Positions 24,965 through 38,271 of a stretch of DNA of 64,000 bases are shown here, one piece after another (position 1 is the first letter of the stretch; every line of letters starts with the position of its first letter). The stretch is from Felis catus. Its lineage: Eukaryota. Below the pieces are notes generated by a model. That model did no database searches and was not told where the DNA came from. It saw only the letters and a list, made by a program, of their open reading frames with translations. The position numbers and the translations under genes are program-made. Where the stretch lies: NCBI RefSeq assembly GCF_018350175.1, contig NC_058368.1:120158001-120222000 (forward strand), written 5' to 3'.

Positions 24965-25035
24965 ATTTTTTTTTTCTTTTCATCCTTAGAGACAGCATGC
25001 ACATGAGTGGGGGAGACGGGCAGAGAGAGAGAATC
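24965..25035 (-). mobile_element. Can-SINE 3' fragment (tail and GA tract only)
   Basis: T-tail followed by GAGACAGCATGCACATGAGTGGGGGAGACGGGCAGAGAGAGAGAATCT. Confidence 0.8.
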
Positions 25036-25039
25036 TTTC

Positions 25040-25263
25040 TTTCCTTTTTTTATTTTTCTTTTAACATTTATTCATCTTTGAGAGACAGAGACAGACAATG
25101 AACAGGGGAGGGGCAGAGAGAGAGGGAGACACAGAATCAGAAGCAGGCTCCAGCCTCTGAGCTGTCAGCATAAAACCCAGTGCAGGGCTCGAATTCACAA
25201 ACTGTGAGATCGTCACCTGAGCCGAATTTGGACGCTTAACCAACTGAGCCACCCAGGCGCCCC
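25040..25263 (-). mobile_element. Can-SINE (felid type)
   Basis: Full element ending GAGCCACCCAGGCGCCCC. Confidence 0.96.
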
Positions 25264-25264
25264 T

Positions 25265-25471
25265 GCTTTTTTCTTTTTAATGGCTATTTATTTATTTTGG
25301 GAGAGAGTGCAAGCAGGGCAGGGGCAGAGGGAGGGAGAGAGAGAGAATCCCAAGCAGGCTTTGTGCTGTCTCACAGAGCCCAACCTGGGGCTTGATCCCC
25401 CGACTGTGAGATGGTGACCTGAGCAGAAGTCAGGAGTCAGACACTTAACCAGCTGAGCCACCCAGTTGCCC
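25265..25471 (-). mobile_element. Older Can-SINE directly adjacent to the previous one
   Basis: GAGAGAATCCCAAGCAGGCTTTGTGCTG...GAGCCACCCAGTTGCCC. Confidence 0.94.
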
Positions 25472-25720
25472 TCAGGCAGATTTTCATAATATATCTCCTC
25501 CATTTCATAGGTTTTAATGTTGAGATCACCAAATTTACCTGGGACCCAGGCTGTTAATTTACACAGCATTACTGTGTCTCTCCACACATGCAAGCCCAGT
25601 TTTAAATGTTCTTTGCAAAATAAAGAAACGCATGAAAACATAAGGAGAAAAAAGGATTCATTTTATACCTTATAGAGAAAATTAGTATTAATATTTTGTG
25701 TATACAATTCTAGATTTCTT

Positions 25721-25905
25721 TTTTTTAATTTTTTCAACGTTTATTTTTGAGAGAGAGAGGTAGACACAGAAGACACAGAATCCAAAGCAGGCTCCAAGCT
25801 CTGAGCTGTCATCAGAGTCCAACATAGGGCTCAGACTCAGGAACTGTGAGATCATGACCTGAGCCGAAATCAGACACTTAACTGACTGAGTCACCCATGC
25901 GCCCA
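25721..25905 (-). mobile_element. Can-SINE with a shortened CT tract
   Basis: TSD ACAATTC(T/C)AGATTTCTT at 25704-25720 and 25906-25922. Confidence 0.94.
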
Positions 25906-26089
25906 ACAATTCCAGATTTCTTACATAAACATGTTCCTCTATATAGAAATTTTAAAACAAAGATGAGCTTATTAATAGATTTCTTTGTAAATGTATTTTT
26001 ATATTATGTTTTCCAGTTAAATACTTTGGATATCTTTCCAGGTCAGTAAATATTTACATCAGCATTTAAAGAAGCTGTACTGTATCATC

Positions 26090-29000
26090 TTACCGTATTC
26101 AATGAACTATGGGCTCTGTGCTGTGCCCTTTCATCTGTGTCTTTATTTAAACACCATACTTTTGATTCCTGTAGTTTAGTAATATATTTTGAATTCAGGC
26201 AGTATAATGCCTCCATCTTTGTTCTTTCTCAAGGTAGTTTTGGCTATTAAAGGCCCTTTGTGGTTTTATAGAAATGTTAGATTTTTTTTTATTTGTGCAA
26301 AATTGCCCTTGGGATTTTGATAAGGAGTGTATTGAATCTCTAGTTACCTTGGTGTGGTATGGACATTTTAGCAATATTAAGTCTTTCAACTCATGAATGT
26401 GGAATATCTTTCAATTGGTTTGTATGACTTTTCTTTCATCACCATTTTGTAGTTTTTCTTGTACAAGGCTCTTACCTCTTGGTTAAATTTATCACTAAGT
26501 ATTTTATTTTTTTCTGATGTTCTTGTTAATGGGCTGTTTTTATATTTTCCATTTTGCACTTTTTGTCATCGTTACTATATAGTATACAGAAACTGATTTT
26601 TTTGTATGTTCATTTTGTATTCTGCAGTGTTGCTAAACTTATTAATTGTGATACTTTATAGAATTTTTAGGGCTCCCTACATAAAGGATCATGTCTTTCA
26701 TTGAAAAAAGATAATTTACTTCTTCCTTTCCAATATGGATGGTTTTTGTTTGTTTTTGTTTGTTTTTTGTTTTTTGCCTAATCTAATTAGGAGTTCTAGA
26801 AGTGGTGGGAATGGGCATTTTTGATGTGTGTCAGGCTTAGAAGAAAAGATTTTCCTTTTTCACTGTGGAAGCTAATGTTAGCTGTGGATTTATAATACAT
26901 GGCCGTTACTTTGTTGAGATACATTCTTCTTAGTGTGTTGAGCATTTTTATCATGAAATAATTTTGAATTTTGTTAAAGAAATTTTCTGCTTCATATGAT
27001 TTTGGTCCTGTGTTATATTCACATGGTCATCTAATTTACTGTTTATGTATGTTGAAACATTCTCAGATCCCAGGGATAAAGTCCCTTGATGATGGTGTAT
27101 TATCCTTTTAATATGCTGTTAAATTCAGTTTTCTAGTATTTTCTGGAAGATTTCTGGCATCTATGTTTATCAGAGATAGTGGCCTATTATTTTCTTTTCC
27201 TGTCGTGTTTATGGTTTTAGTCTCCTAAAAACAAGTTTAGAAGTGGTGACTTCTCCACAATTTAATGGAGGAGTCTGACAAGAAAATGCATTAATTCTCT
27301 AATAAATGTTGGGTAGAATTCACTAATAAAGCCATCTGGTCCTAGGCTTTGCTTTGTTGGGAAAATTTTAATTACTGATTGAATTTTCTTATTTATTATT
27401 GGCCTGTTCATGTTTTTATTTTCTTATGATTCAGTCTTGGTAGATTGTATATTTTCAGGGGTTTGTCTGTTTCTTTTAAGTAATTCAAGTTTTTGGCTTA
27501 TAATTGTTCATAGTAGTCGATTATAACCCTTTTTATTTCTGTAGAGTCATTTGTAGAGCAAAAGCACTTTTGCTCTTTTTTCTTAGACAAATGTTTTCAA
27601 TTTTGTTTGTATTTTTAAAAATTTAACTTAGTTTTGTTGATATTTTCTTTTTCTTTGGCATCTATTTCATTTATTTCTGTTCTAATCTTTATTATTTCCT
27701 TTTTTCTACTAACTGTGGACTTAGTTTGTCCTTCTTTTTCTAGTTCCTTGGGCTGTAAAGTTTGGTTGCTTTCTGATAAACCAATTGGTTATTAAAAACT
27801 GTTTTGTCTAATTTCCATGTTTGTGAATTTTTAGTTTTCCTTTTGATATTGATTTCCAGTTTTATTTTGGTTTGTCAGATACCTGTCAAGTTTTTAGTCT
27901 TAGTTTTGTTATGATTAGTTTTGTGATTAACATGTAGCTTTTTCTGTAGAATGTTCCGTGTGCTCTTGAGAACAATATGTATTCTGCTATCTGGAGGAAT
28001 GTTCTGTATATGTCTGTTAGATCCATATGGTCTGTAGTTTTGTTCAAGTCCTCTATTTATTGCTTTTCTGCCTGAATGATCTGTCCATTATTTTAAGTTG
28101 GAATATTGAAGTCTCCTACTATTATTGTATTATTGTCTATTTGGTCACTTTAGTTTTCTTTGCCTCATGTATCCATGTGTTCTGAGGACACGTGAATATG
28201 TGCGATTGTTATATCTTCCTTGTGAATGACTCTCTTATCATTATAATGTATCCTTCAAGCTCAAGTCTATTTTGTCTGGTGTAAGCATGGCCACTCCTGC
28301 CATTGCTTACCATTTTCATGGAATATGTTTTTGTATTCATTTACTTTCAGCCTAAGTGCTATCTATCCTATGTCTAAAGTGAGACTCTTGTAAACAGCAT
28401 AGAGTTGTATTTTTTTTAAACCCATTCAGCCACTCTATGTCTTCTTATTGTGGAGTTGAAACCATTTATATGTAAAGTAATTACTGATAGAACGACTTAC
28501 TATTGCTATTTTGTTAATTGTTTTTCTTACAACTTTTTTGTTCTTTTTTTCCTCTCTTCCTTTGTGTTTTATTGATTTCTTTTTAGTGACATGGTTTTAT
28601 TGCTTCCTACTGTTTTGTATATTTTACAGTCATTTTTTTTTTTTTTGCATGTTCACCTTAGAGTTAAGGCAATCTATTTTAAGGTAATCACAACTTGAGT
28701 AGCATACAAAAATCTACTCTTTTCATTCTCTTCGCCAATGTGTGTTATTGATGTCACAAATTATGTCTTTTATGTTGTGTACCGTTAACATATTTTTGTA
28801 ATTAAAATTGTTTCTTTATATTTGGCCTGTAACTTCTATGCTACAATTCAGAGTGATTTTCTCACCTCCATTACTGTACTACAGTATTTTTTATTTCTAT
28901 ATTTACCTTTACCTGCAAGCTTTATACTTTCATATGCTTTCAGTGTTGCTCCCTAGAATCCTTCTGTTTCAACTTAAAAGACCCATTTTTAGCATCTCTT

Positions 29001-30945
29001 ATAAAATGGATCTAGTGCTGATGAGCTCCCTTTAGTTTATCTGGTAATGCCTTTAATTCTTCTTTGCTCTTGAAAGACAGATTGCCATATATAGTATTCT
29101 TGGTTGGCAGTTCTTTTATATCAGAATTTTTAGCATATCATCCCACTCCCTCAGAATTTTTAATGTATCATCCCACTCCCTTTTGTCCTGAAAAATTTGT
29201 TGATAACCTTACGGGGATTCCTGTATGATAAGTCCGTTTTTCTTGCTGCTTGCAAAATTTTCTCCTTGTCTTTGATTTTTGACAATTTGATTTTAATGTG
29301 TCTATGAGTAGGCTACTTTAGGGAGGTTCTAGTTGGAGTTTACTGAGTTTCTTGAATATAAATGTCTTTTTACTTCCCCAGATGTGGAAAATTTTTGAGC
29401 TATTACTTCTCCAAATAAGTGTTTCTCCCCTTGCTATCTCTTTTCTCCTGCAATCTTCATAATGTGTACCTTGGTCCTTTGGGTGGTATCCCAGAAATCC
29501 CTTAGGCTTTACTTCCTCTTTTTCATTCTTTTTTTTTCTTCTTGTTCTTCTGATGGAAAATTTAAATGACATGTCTTTGAGTTTGTTGATTCTTTGTTGT
29601 GATTGATCAAGTTTGGCAAATGCCTGTAGTGAAGGTTTCAACTCAATTATTGTATTCCTAAGCTCCATTGTTTCTTTATAAAACAAACTTTTTTTCTGCT
29701 TATCGATACTCTCATTTTGTTCATGGACCATTTTTCGAGCTCATTGCACTTCTTTATGATGGTTATTTTGAATTATTTGTGAGATAATTCATACACTTCC
29801 ATTTATATAGGGTTGGTTTCCAGAGATTGATTTTATTCCTTCGATTGGGCTTTGTTTCCCTATTTCTTCATGTGCTTTGTAAAATTTGTTAATATCTATG
29901 CTTTGAAAAACAGCCACCTCTTCAAGTCTTTAGGGAACTGGCTTTGTACAGGGAAAGATTTTTACCATTTATCATAGCTAGTGATTCTGAGGGTCTTTCA
30001 AATATTTTCTGTTGATGCGACTTAGCTGGAATTGTATGTGTAAATTCCCAGTTAGAGAGATGAGTTGGTTTCTTTTTGGTGTTCATAATATCCTCTTCTC
30101 TGGGTATCTGTCTGTGGTACTGCCTCTTCTGTGGAGCTGCTACACAGGTCCTTTGTTCTCAGTGGTCCCGTGATTCTTGATTCTGCTGGACTACATCAGT
30201 GCTGTGACAGGTGACACAAAAACCAGTCTGTCCGCTGCCCCTCCCCCTGGGAAAACCCAGAACTTTGGATGTATAATCTACTCTTTCTTTGCCCCCAGGA
30301 AGAGCCTCCTGAACTGTATCATTCTCTGTTTCTGGAACCAGAGGGATTCTGAAGCATCAGTAAGCTATCCTGCTCTCTTGTTCTCAGCAGCCTCCAGGCA
30401 GTGAGAATATGTCTGTCCCAGGCAGCATCCAAAACAAATGAGACAGAAACAAGTTCTTTGAGCACTTGTCGGAAGAGTTGGAATATTGGATGTCTGTTCC
30501 AATTCTTTGCCTCCCCAGGGAGAATCTGGGAGTTGGAGGTTTTCTGAAGCTCATTTCATACTGACCCAGGGGTAGGGAATGTGATGAGTGGGGATGTATT
30601 CCAAACCTTCACTTTGTTTTCTCTAATCCCTGATCTGGTACCCTCTCCTGTCAGCACTTAGATTCAGATGAAATGCACGTCAGTCCTTCAGGCAGCCTCC
30701 TGAGAAGCCAGAACATTGCACATTTGCTTCAGTCTTTACCATCTCATGGAGATGGTCCATGCTTTGTACCACAAATTTTCCTACTGGTTTCAGTGTGGCT
30801 GGTTTCACATTCATCTGGGGTGCAGGAACTTCTTCAATGTTTTCTGAAATGCTCACAAAGAGAACTCCCTATATTGTTGTTGAATTGATACCTTTGTAGG
30901 GAAAAAGAGGATCTGGGGCTTCCTCGTTGACCATCTGGCTGTTTT
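26090..30945 (-). mobile_element. Large decayed old L1 (5' UTR, ORF1 and much of ORF2, with internal deletions)
   Basis: Minus ORF 29318-29731 is ORF1 coiled-coil-like (ELRNTIIELK...QRINKLKD). 26195-26400 is frameshifted ORF2 (the NIVKM...AIPIKIP region). Antisense EN/RT motifs run throughout, and an L1M-like 5' terminus (GACCATCTGGCTG) lies near 30940. Confidence 0.92.
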
Positions 30946-31359
30946 GAACTTGAGTCTTACCCTAAATCTCCAGTGTTGTGAATTTTTAAGGGCTGGGACT
31001 ATGTAAGCCTTATTTCTGTTTTCTATGGCCGCTATACAGTAAGTGCTTATTAAATTTTTGATGGAGGATTATAAAGTACATCAAGCTAGACATAATAACA
31101 TGGCTGTGTACGTACCATTGGCATCCTATCCTCACTTGGATAGCATGAGTCTTTGAAGAAGTACCTAAGAGTGGTATTTGCCATTGTTAAGCTGTTTCAT
31201 CCAAGTTCATCCATGATTTTTTAAAAAAATGTTGATGTTTTCAGACTGATTGAACAGGAACTCAATGGGACTTATTTTATTAATTTTTTTAAAATACACT
31301 AGTCATTAACTTCATGTCATTAACTTACAGAGCTAGGATCACAGGATTATTTGGCCAAC

Positions 31360-31530
31360 AATTTAAAGATCATCTAGCCAACTACTCCTACACTTAATTT
31401 TACAAATGAGGAAACCAAGGCCTGGGGATTGTAAGGGTTGTTCAGAAATGTCACTGCTAATTAGAAGAGAAGCAGTTGCTAGAGCTGTGGCCACCTTGAA
31501 TCTGGGTCTTTCTAATGTACTCAAACCATG
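31360..31530 (-). mobile_element. MIR fragment
   Basis: GATCATCTAGCCAACT...TTTTACAAATGAGGAAACCAAGGC...TTGAATCTGGGTCTT. Confidence 0.7.
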
Positions 31531-34088
31531 TCTCAAGTCTGGAATAATTAAGATGTGCAAAAAATGCCTCAAATTGGTTGAGTACTAAATGTACTTCAAA
31601 GGTGAATTTAGTATTCGGAGATCATTATTTCAGATCTCCAGCTGTTACAGAACAAGTCTGCTGAAAACTCCAGCATTAACAGATGTCTTCTAAGCAGTTA
31701 CTACTAATAATTGAAATAGAAACAACAGCGCTCAATTAGTCTGCAAGAACAATACACACACCCACACTTTTTTTATCCTCACTTTCATAGGTATCGATGC
31801 ATCATTGTGGCACATTGAATGAGCATTCTGAATGAGAATATTGAGGAAAAATATTTCAAATAGAATATGTGCTGGGGATATGAGATTAAACTTTAAAAAA
31901 CATTAACTAAATGGCACATTTGGATTAGTTATTTCGGGGAAAATATATTTGTGAGTGCAAAGAAATAAAACAAAGATGATTTTTAGTAGGCTGTGTGTTT
32001 ACATGGTAAGGTTGTATGAGAGATTTGGTACTAGGGAAAGAAAAGATGAAATGACTGAACATATTCAGTGATAGTGAACACTCCTTCACTATCCAGAACA
32101 ATTCAGGGCTAGGTGGTTCATCTCTGATTTTGATCAAGGTTAGATGTTTACTGATCTAAGCAAAAGCCTTAGTATGTATTTTCATTTATTTATGCATTTC
32201 ACAAATACTTACTGAAAATCTATTATTTTCTAATTACATATATGAAAGGTGAACAGATGATGTGATCTGATATCACCATTTTATTTTAAAACATAAAAAA
32301 AGTGTTGAGCATTAGGTATGTGCCAAGCATTTTGCCTATATGATCTCACTTAAACCTTAAAAGGAACCTTATACAGAATTTTCTATTATTGATACTTGTA
32401 ATTCACAAGAGAACTGATAAAGAGATTTTATAACTTGTACAAGGTCAGATAATTAGAATTTTAAAGAGTAAGAATGAAACTAAGAGTTTGAATCCAGAAT
32501 ACGTTCTCTTAACTACTCTAAGATATAACTCCCCTAGGTACACCTAGAAAGTAGACAGTGGCTCTTAAATTGTAGCAAGGGGGGGCCATCATGAACTCTT
32601 TTTGGAATGCAATGAAATGACACTATTGTCTTGTAACCTAGAAAAGAAATACGATGATGCACATATACATGCATTTGAAATATATTTCACTGAATGCTTT
32701 TGAATAGCTTGCATATTCAAGGAGCTTGCATAGGATGAGAAGAAATGAAGCTCTAATGTCTAAAGTTGAGGCCACATGAGGGAAAAAGCCATACTTGAGT
32801 TCATTTCAATACCTGTGTTGTTATACATTCGGCACTTCCAGCTTTAACATCTATTCCAAGGTCACTGAGGAAAACTATAACTAGTGCCCTTCTCCCTCCA
32901 TCACAAGCCAATTCTCCCTACATGTCACTGAATGGAGAAACCTGTTCCTAAAGATAGATTAGAACACATTTAAGTGAGTCCAGGTCAATGAATCATCAAC
33001 AGGAAATCATAAATGAATTATTTTAGAAGGAGAATGAGAAGACATGGAAAAAGAAAAATAATCAATTTTCTTTAAGGACTAAGAAAATATTTTGACATTA
33101 ATGTATTCCTATTTGTTTTCAGACTTTGTTAAAAAACAATAAAATTTGAAATCTATGTCAGTATAATTATAATTTAGTTTTTCTAGTTTAACTATTTAAA
33201 AATAACACAGGACTCAATGGATTCCTATGTTTTTCACTTTGATCTTGGGGAGAAAAAATATATATATTTCTTAAACTTTGTACAACCCTGAAAATAATCC
33301 ATGGATTTGTTGTTCAGAAAAGAACTTAAAGAGAATGTTTATCTCTTTTTTCTACATGAAGTAATCTGTTTAAGTCTATTATTTATTGTGACATTTAGGA
33401 ACTTTTGAGGACCTTGAAAGGAAATTCTAACATTAACACACAGAAAAATCAATTTGATGAATGCAGGGTTTGGATTCATTTTATTTTGGGGTGGAAAATA
33501 CATGTGAAATATGAGCTTGTAAGTTTTATTAATCTTTTTATCCTTGGGGCCTAAATGCTGACATTTCTCCATTAGGCACTTTAGAAGTTACAGTGATGGA
33601 CAATCTGTCAGCGGGCCTCAGGCCATGGGCCCTTCTAGCAGCCTACTGGTCTAGTGATCAATATGATATAACTTAGTGAATGCTCCTGCTGATATTGTCA
33701 TCACATTGTAACTTGGAAAGAATACAAATCTAACCAGTCTAATTTGCTGTGATATTTATTTATCCTCAGGTTTGCTTTTCTTGGAAGGTTTCTTTTCCCC
33801 CTAGTTCCTAATAAAATATCTTATAAAGTTTATACAACACAACATAGCAAAACAATTATGATATTGGTGTTTGGAATGAAAAAAAAAAAAACCCAGCTGT
33901 GTGAACATGGGCACATTACTTAGATATCTGTCTGAGTCTGTTTCTCTAAATCTTAAGAGTAAGACTGACTAGCCTAAAGTTGCTGCAAACATTAAATGTG
34001 CTAAAGCATATAAACCAGTGCAATGTATGACACCTAAATGGTGTTCAGAAAATGTTGTCTGTCATCGTATTATTCTTTCTAAGTTAAA

Positions 34089-34160
<72 letters not shown>
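34089..34160. repeat. (TA)n(TG)n(TA)n microsatellite
   Basis: Read directly. Confidence 0.97.
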
Positions 34161-34163
<3 letters not shown>

Positions 34164-34324
34164 AATGCCTCCAGCAGGACCCTTTAACATGAAATATATT
34201 AAATTAGTGTGTGAGATAGAGTGCTTGACTTCAAGTAAAAAATTTAGGGTTCTTGCCTCAATACTATCATTGATTAGTGGACTATAGGATCCCAAACTAG
34301 AAAGTGAGGTAATTATGCTAGAGG

Positions 34325-34830
34325 CATTCATTCAAAAATATTTGTGGAGCCCTACTATGTATGAAACACTGCACTAATCACTACAGATTCAGCTCTGAAC
34401 AATTCAGCTCTGAACAAGATAGACAATGTCCTCCCTGCCCCCATGAAGCTGCCATATTAGTGGGAGAGACAGGGAAACTATTTAAAGTACATAAATAAGA
34501 TAATTTTAAAATAGTGACAACTACGGCAAATATAAGTAGCTTATGAAAGTTGGATAGGGTAACTGTGGGCAGGAGGATTTACATTAGATACAGTGGTCAG
34601 GGAATGACTTTGTGAAAGTGATATTTGACCCATTGACTTAATTATGAAAATGGTCTGGCTGTGGAAAGATCTGAGGAAAGAGCATGCCACACAGAGAAAA
34701 CAGTGGGTGTAGGGGCCCTGTGTCAGAAGTGAGTTTGCCACAGTCCAGAAACATAAAAAAGATCATTGTGACTGGAATAGTGAGTCAGGAAAGATGGTAG
34801 GTGATCAGGTTGGAGATATGACCAAGATCT
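34325..34830 (-). mobile_element. L2 3' fragment
   Basis: CATTCATTCAAAAATATTTG...CCTACTATGT...TAGTGGGAGAGACAG...GTGGTCAGGGAA...TGTGACTGGAATAG. Confidence 0.8.
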
Positions 34831-35729
34831 GTCAATGATTGAATTCGCTTACTACTTTTATTTTGAAGTTCATAAGCATGGGCAGTAACTCTGATTTTTT
34901 CCATAACTGAGAAGGGAATGAGATGGTATATTATTGATAAGAATTCTGGGCTTACACCAAGTATTTTTAATTCCTTTATGTGCCATGAACAGAGACAGAA
35001 AAAAGTGCACCATAGAATTTTTTTTTGTATTCTGCTACATTATAATTTTAAATGGTACACTTATTTCCATTATCATCAAGACTAAGAAAGGGACCATGTC
35101 CCATAATTTTTAGAGCCAAAGAGAGAGATAGAACTAGAGTAATTATAAATTTACTAAATGATTAAAATATATTCCTTTCAAATACATTAAAATGTATTTA
35201 AGTCTTGAATTAAGACTTAAGTGTATTTAAGTCATGAATTTAAGTTTTGTTTCTGCTATGTAGGATGTTGCTTCTCTTACACTAAGAGATTAATCTAGTG
35301 ATGTCTATAGATACAACAATAACTTGTTAATGAGATATTGATTTTTAGAATTAAAACCATAGTAGTATCATATTTTCAATCTAAATTAATGCTTCATTAA
35401 ACTAATTAATAACATAAGAATAACTTGAACTTTTAGTGATTGTAATTAATCATAATCACATAGTATTCCTGTACCAATCCATAGGTGTAATATGATCTTA
35501 TAAATCAAAAAAAAATTACATACAAATAAAGTAAGCTGTCATTTTAATTATTTTTTTTTTATCTCTAACACTTAAGCTCTGCTACATGGTCCTTAACAGA
35601 TCACATCCTATCTCTGGACAATAATTTATTCCAGAAATAAGAGACTTGACTAGATATCTAAGATCTCATATTTACCTCTAAAAATGTTGTTTTGAGAAGA
35701 TGGCTTTGCTTAGCAAGAAAATGACCCCA

Positions 35730-36600
35730 GGCATACCCACTATTTCTTTTAACATATATATGCCTGTAGTCTCAAATATGTATCTCTGGTGACATTTAGC
35801 CTTCCTATCTAACAATTAACTGTATATTTCACCCTAGATACGTTGCAGGTGCCTGTATTGCAACTTGACTAAAATAGAACTCTTCATCTTTCTCATCAAC
35901 TGTATTCTTCTCACTTGAATAAATTAATAGAACCAACAGTCATTCAGCCATTCAAGTCAAATATCAAATCTTCTTGTCCCATAGGTAATTGCTTAATCTT
36001 ATAGATGATGTCTCCCAAATATCTTACCAAGCCACCCATAATTCTCCTCACTGTCCTACCATTAGGCTATAACCTCATCTTCTGTTACCAGGGCATCTAA
36101 AAACCAACTAACAGCTTTCACTATCCTCCATCACTGCTCTCCTACATTCCTTTCTCTTCACCATCTCCAAAGCAATCCATTTGGAAGGCAAAACTAATGA
36201 TGTTACTTTTCAGTTTAAGCTCCTTTTCTGGCTTCTTACTATGCTAACATCCCAAATGTTACAGGTGTCCTTGATGGCACCCCAACTTGGTCCGTGCCTA
36301 CTCATTAAGCTTTATGTTTTGCCACTTTGTTCTTTAGTACTGAGATCCATCCACCCTCACTCTTACCTGGGATTGTGCATACTGTGGCTAATCTTTTGGG
36401 GAAATTATTCTTCCCAACAGTTTCTTCTTTTTGCCTGGGATTTCTATAATTTAGCTTTAAAATTAGATAAATCATATCCCATATTAAACTCTCTAATGGC
36501 TTCCCATTGCAATTAGAATAAGATATATACTATTTCATTTTATAGAATAAAATGCATTTTCCTGTAAGGGTCTACATGTTCCTGGCTTAGTTCTATGGCT
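35730..36600 (+). mobile_element. L2 fragments
   Basis: CCTATCTAAC...AAAATAGAACTCTTCATCTTTC...AAAACTAATGATGTTACT...ATGGCTTCCCATTGC. Confidence 0.55.
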
Positions 36601-36703
36601 GGTCTCATAAAATAATCTCCTTTAACTACAGTTACATAGAATATACTAGGACACTTGTGAAAGTGAAATGAGATGACAAAACACTTTTAAAAATTAAATT
36701 ATA

Positions 36704-36953
36704 GGGGTGCCTGGGTGCCTCAGCCAGTTGAGTGTCCGACTCTTGATTTCAGCTCAGGCCATTAACCCAGGGTTGTGGGATTGAGTCCCACATCCGACTC
36801 CACACAGAGTGTAGAGCCTGCTTGAGATTTTCTCTCTGTCTCTGTCTCTCTATCTCTCTCTGCCCCTCTCTTCTGTTTGCACTCTTTCTCTCTGAAATAA
36901 TAATAATAATAATAATAATAATAATTATAATTATAATAATAATTATAATAATA
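36704..36953 (+). mobile_element. Can-SINE with an (AAT)n microsatellite tail
   Basis: GGGGTGCCTGGGTGCCTCAG head and CT tract. (AAT)n at about 36896-36953. Confidence 0.94.
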
Positions 36954-37310
36954 AATTACATGATAAAGTATTCACTTATTGACCAACAAAATGGGTTCAT
37001 TTTATTTTTGAATTGTTAAAATATTTTTATTTAAAAAGATTCAAAATTAAAAATTTTGATCGATGAGACATCAGACTAGCATAGTCATCTTACTAGTTCA
37101 TTGTCTTCTACTCACACAGCCTTTCTTTTATGCTTTCCACAAATTAGTGCCTAATTAACATCAAGCCCTCTTTTGAGCACTTGAAATACATAAATAAAAA
37201 AGCTAGTACAAAAATTCCCTGCCTTAATGGATTTTAAAGTGGAGAAAAAAATTAATGAGTAAACAAATACAAGATGATAAGTGCTCTACAAGGGATAGAG
37301 CAAGGTAGAA

Positions 37311-37486
37311 TACCATTGTCCAGTAGAAAGTTCTGCAATGATTAAAATACTCTCTGTGCAATCCAACAAAGTAATCACATTTGCAAGTGGCTAGTGTTAC
37401 TGAATAATTAGATTTTTATTTTTATTTAATTTTAATTGAAAGTTAAATATATGTTTGGCTGGCAGCTCTCATATTGAGCAACGCAG
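37311..37486 (+). mobile_element. MER3-like hAT-Charlie element inserted in L2
   Basis: TGTCCAGTAGAAAGTTCTGCAATGAT...GTGGCTAGTGTTACTGA...TTTTATTTAATTTTAATT...ATATTGAGCAACGCAG. Confidence 0.75.
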
Positions 37487-37986
37487 GGTTTGGACAATTC
37501 TTTGAAGTGTTGGTAGTATTTCAGATACTCTTGGCCATAGAAAGTCTCTTTAAGGAAGTGACATTTTGACACATGTAATGAATGTGGTCATGGAATTATC
37601 CCTAGAGGGATCTAGTAAGAGGCTGGGTAGGACAAAAACCAGGAAAAGGGAACCAGGAGGAAGTTCTTGAGGAAGAAGCAGCTGTTACATTTGAAGGAAT
37701 ACAGGTCAATAGAGCTGGAATATAAAGAGCAAGAGGAGTGTTCCATGAACACCAGAACCCATTCTGGCACCAGGGTTGCCATAGTTCTTCCTTGCAGAAA
37801 TATTCTTAACTAAGATCTTCATTCACTTGGCTCCTATACATCATTCTCATCTCAGTTCAAATTTACATGATCATCCCACCACTAGTCAAGGTCTCATGGT
37901 TTAATAGTACGTATCACTATCTGAAATTCCGGTATCTATTACTTTCTCACTTGTTTACTACTTTTCTCCCCAACTAAAATGTAAGG

Positions 37987-38036
37987 TTTTTTTGTTTTTG
38001 TTTTTTGTTTGTTTGTTTGTTTGTTTGTTTGTTTTG
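37987..38036. repeat. (GTTT)n microsatellite
   Basis: Read directly. Confidence 0.9.
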
Positions 38037-38271
38037 CGGGAACCTTATCTGTCTTATTTAGTATCATCCCTTAGTTTTTAGGATAGTTTCAGGCATATAA
38101 TAGGTACAGAAACAGTATTTGTTAACTAATGAGTGAAATTCACCACTTACACCTCACATCCTAGGGGAAGAACTCCCTAATTTCGTGGATAAAAAAAACC
38201 AAATAGCAGTATGTTCCTAAATTACAATATCCATATTTATATATTCTTTGATATCCATGTACCACAGTTGT

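Noticed and set aside
29318..29731. 137-aa minus-strand ORF
   Set aside because: A frameshifted remnant of L1 ORF1.
36822..37019. Poly-Ile ORF
   Set aside because: (AAT)n SINE tail.
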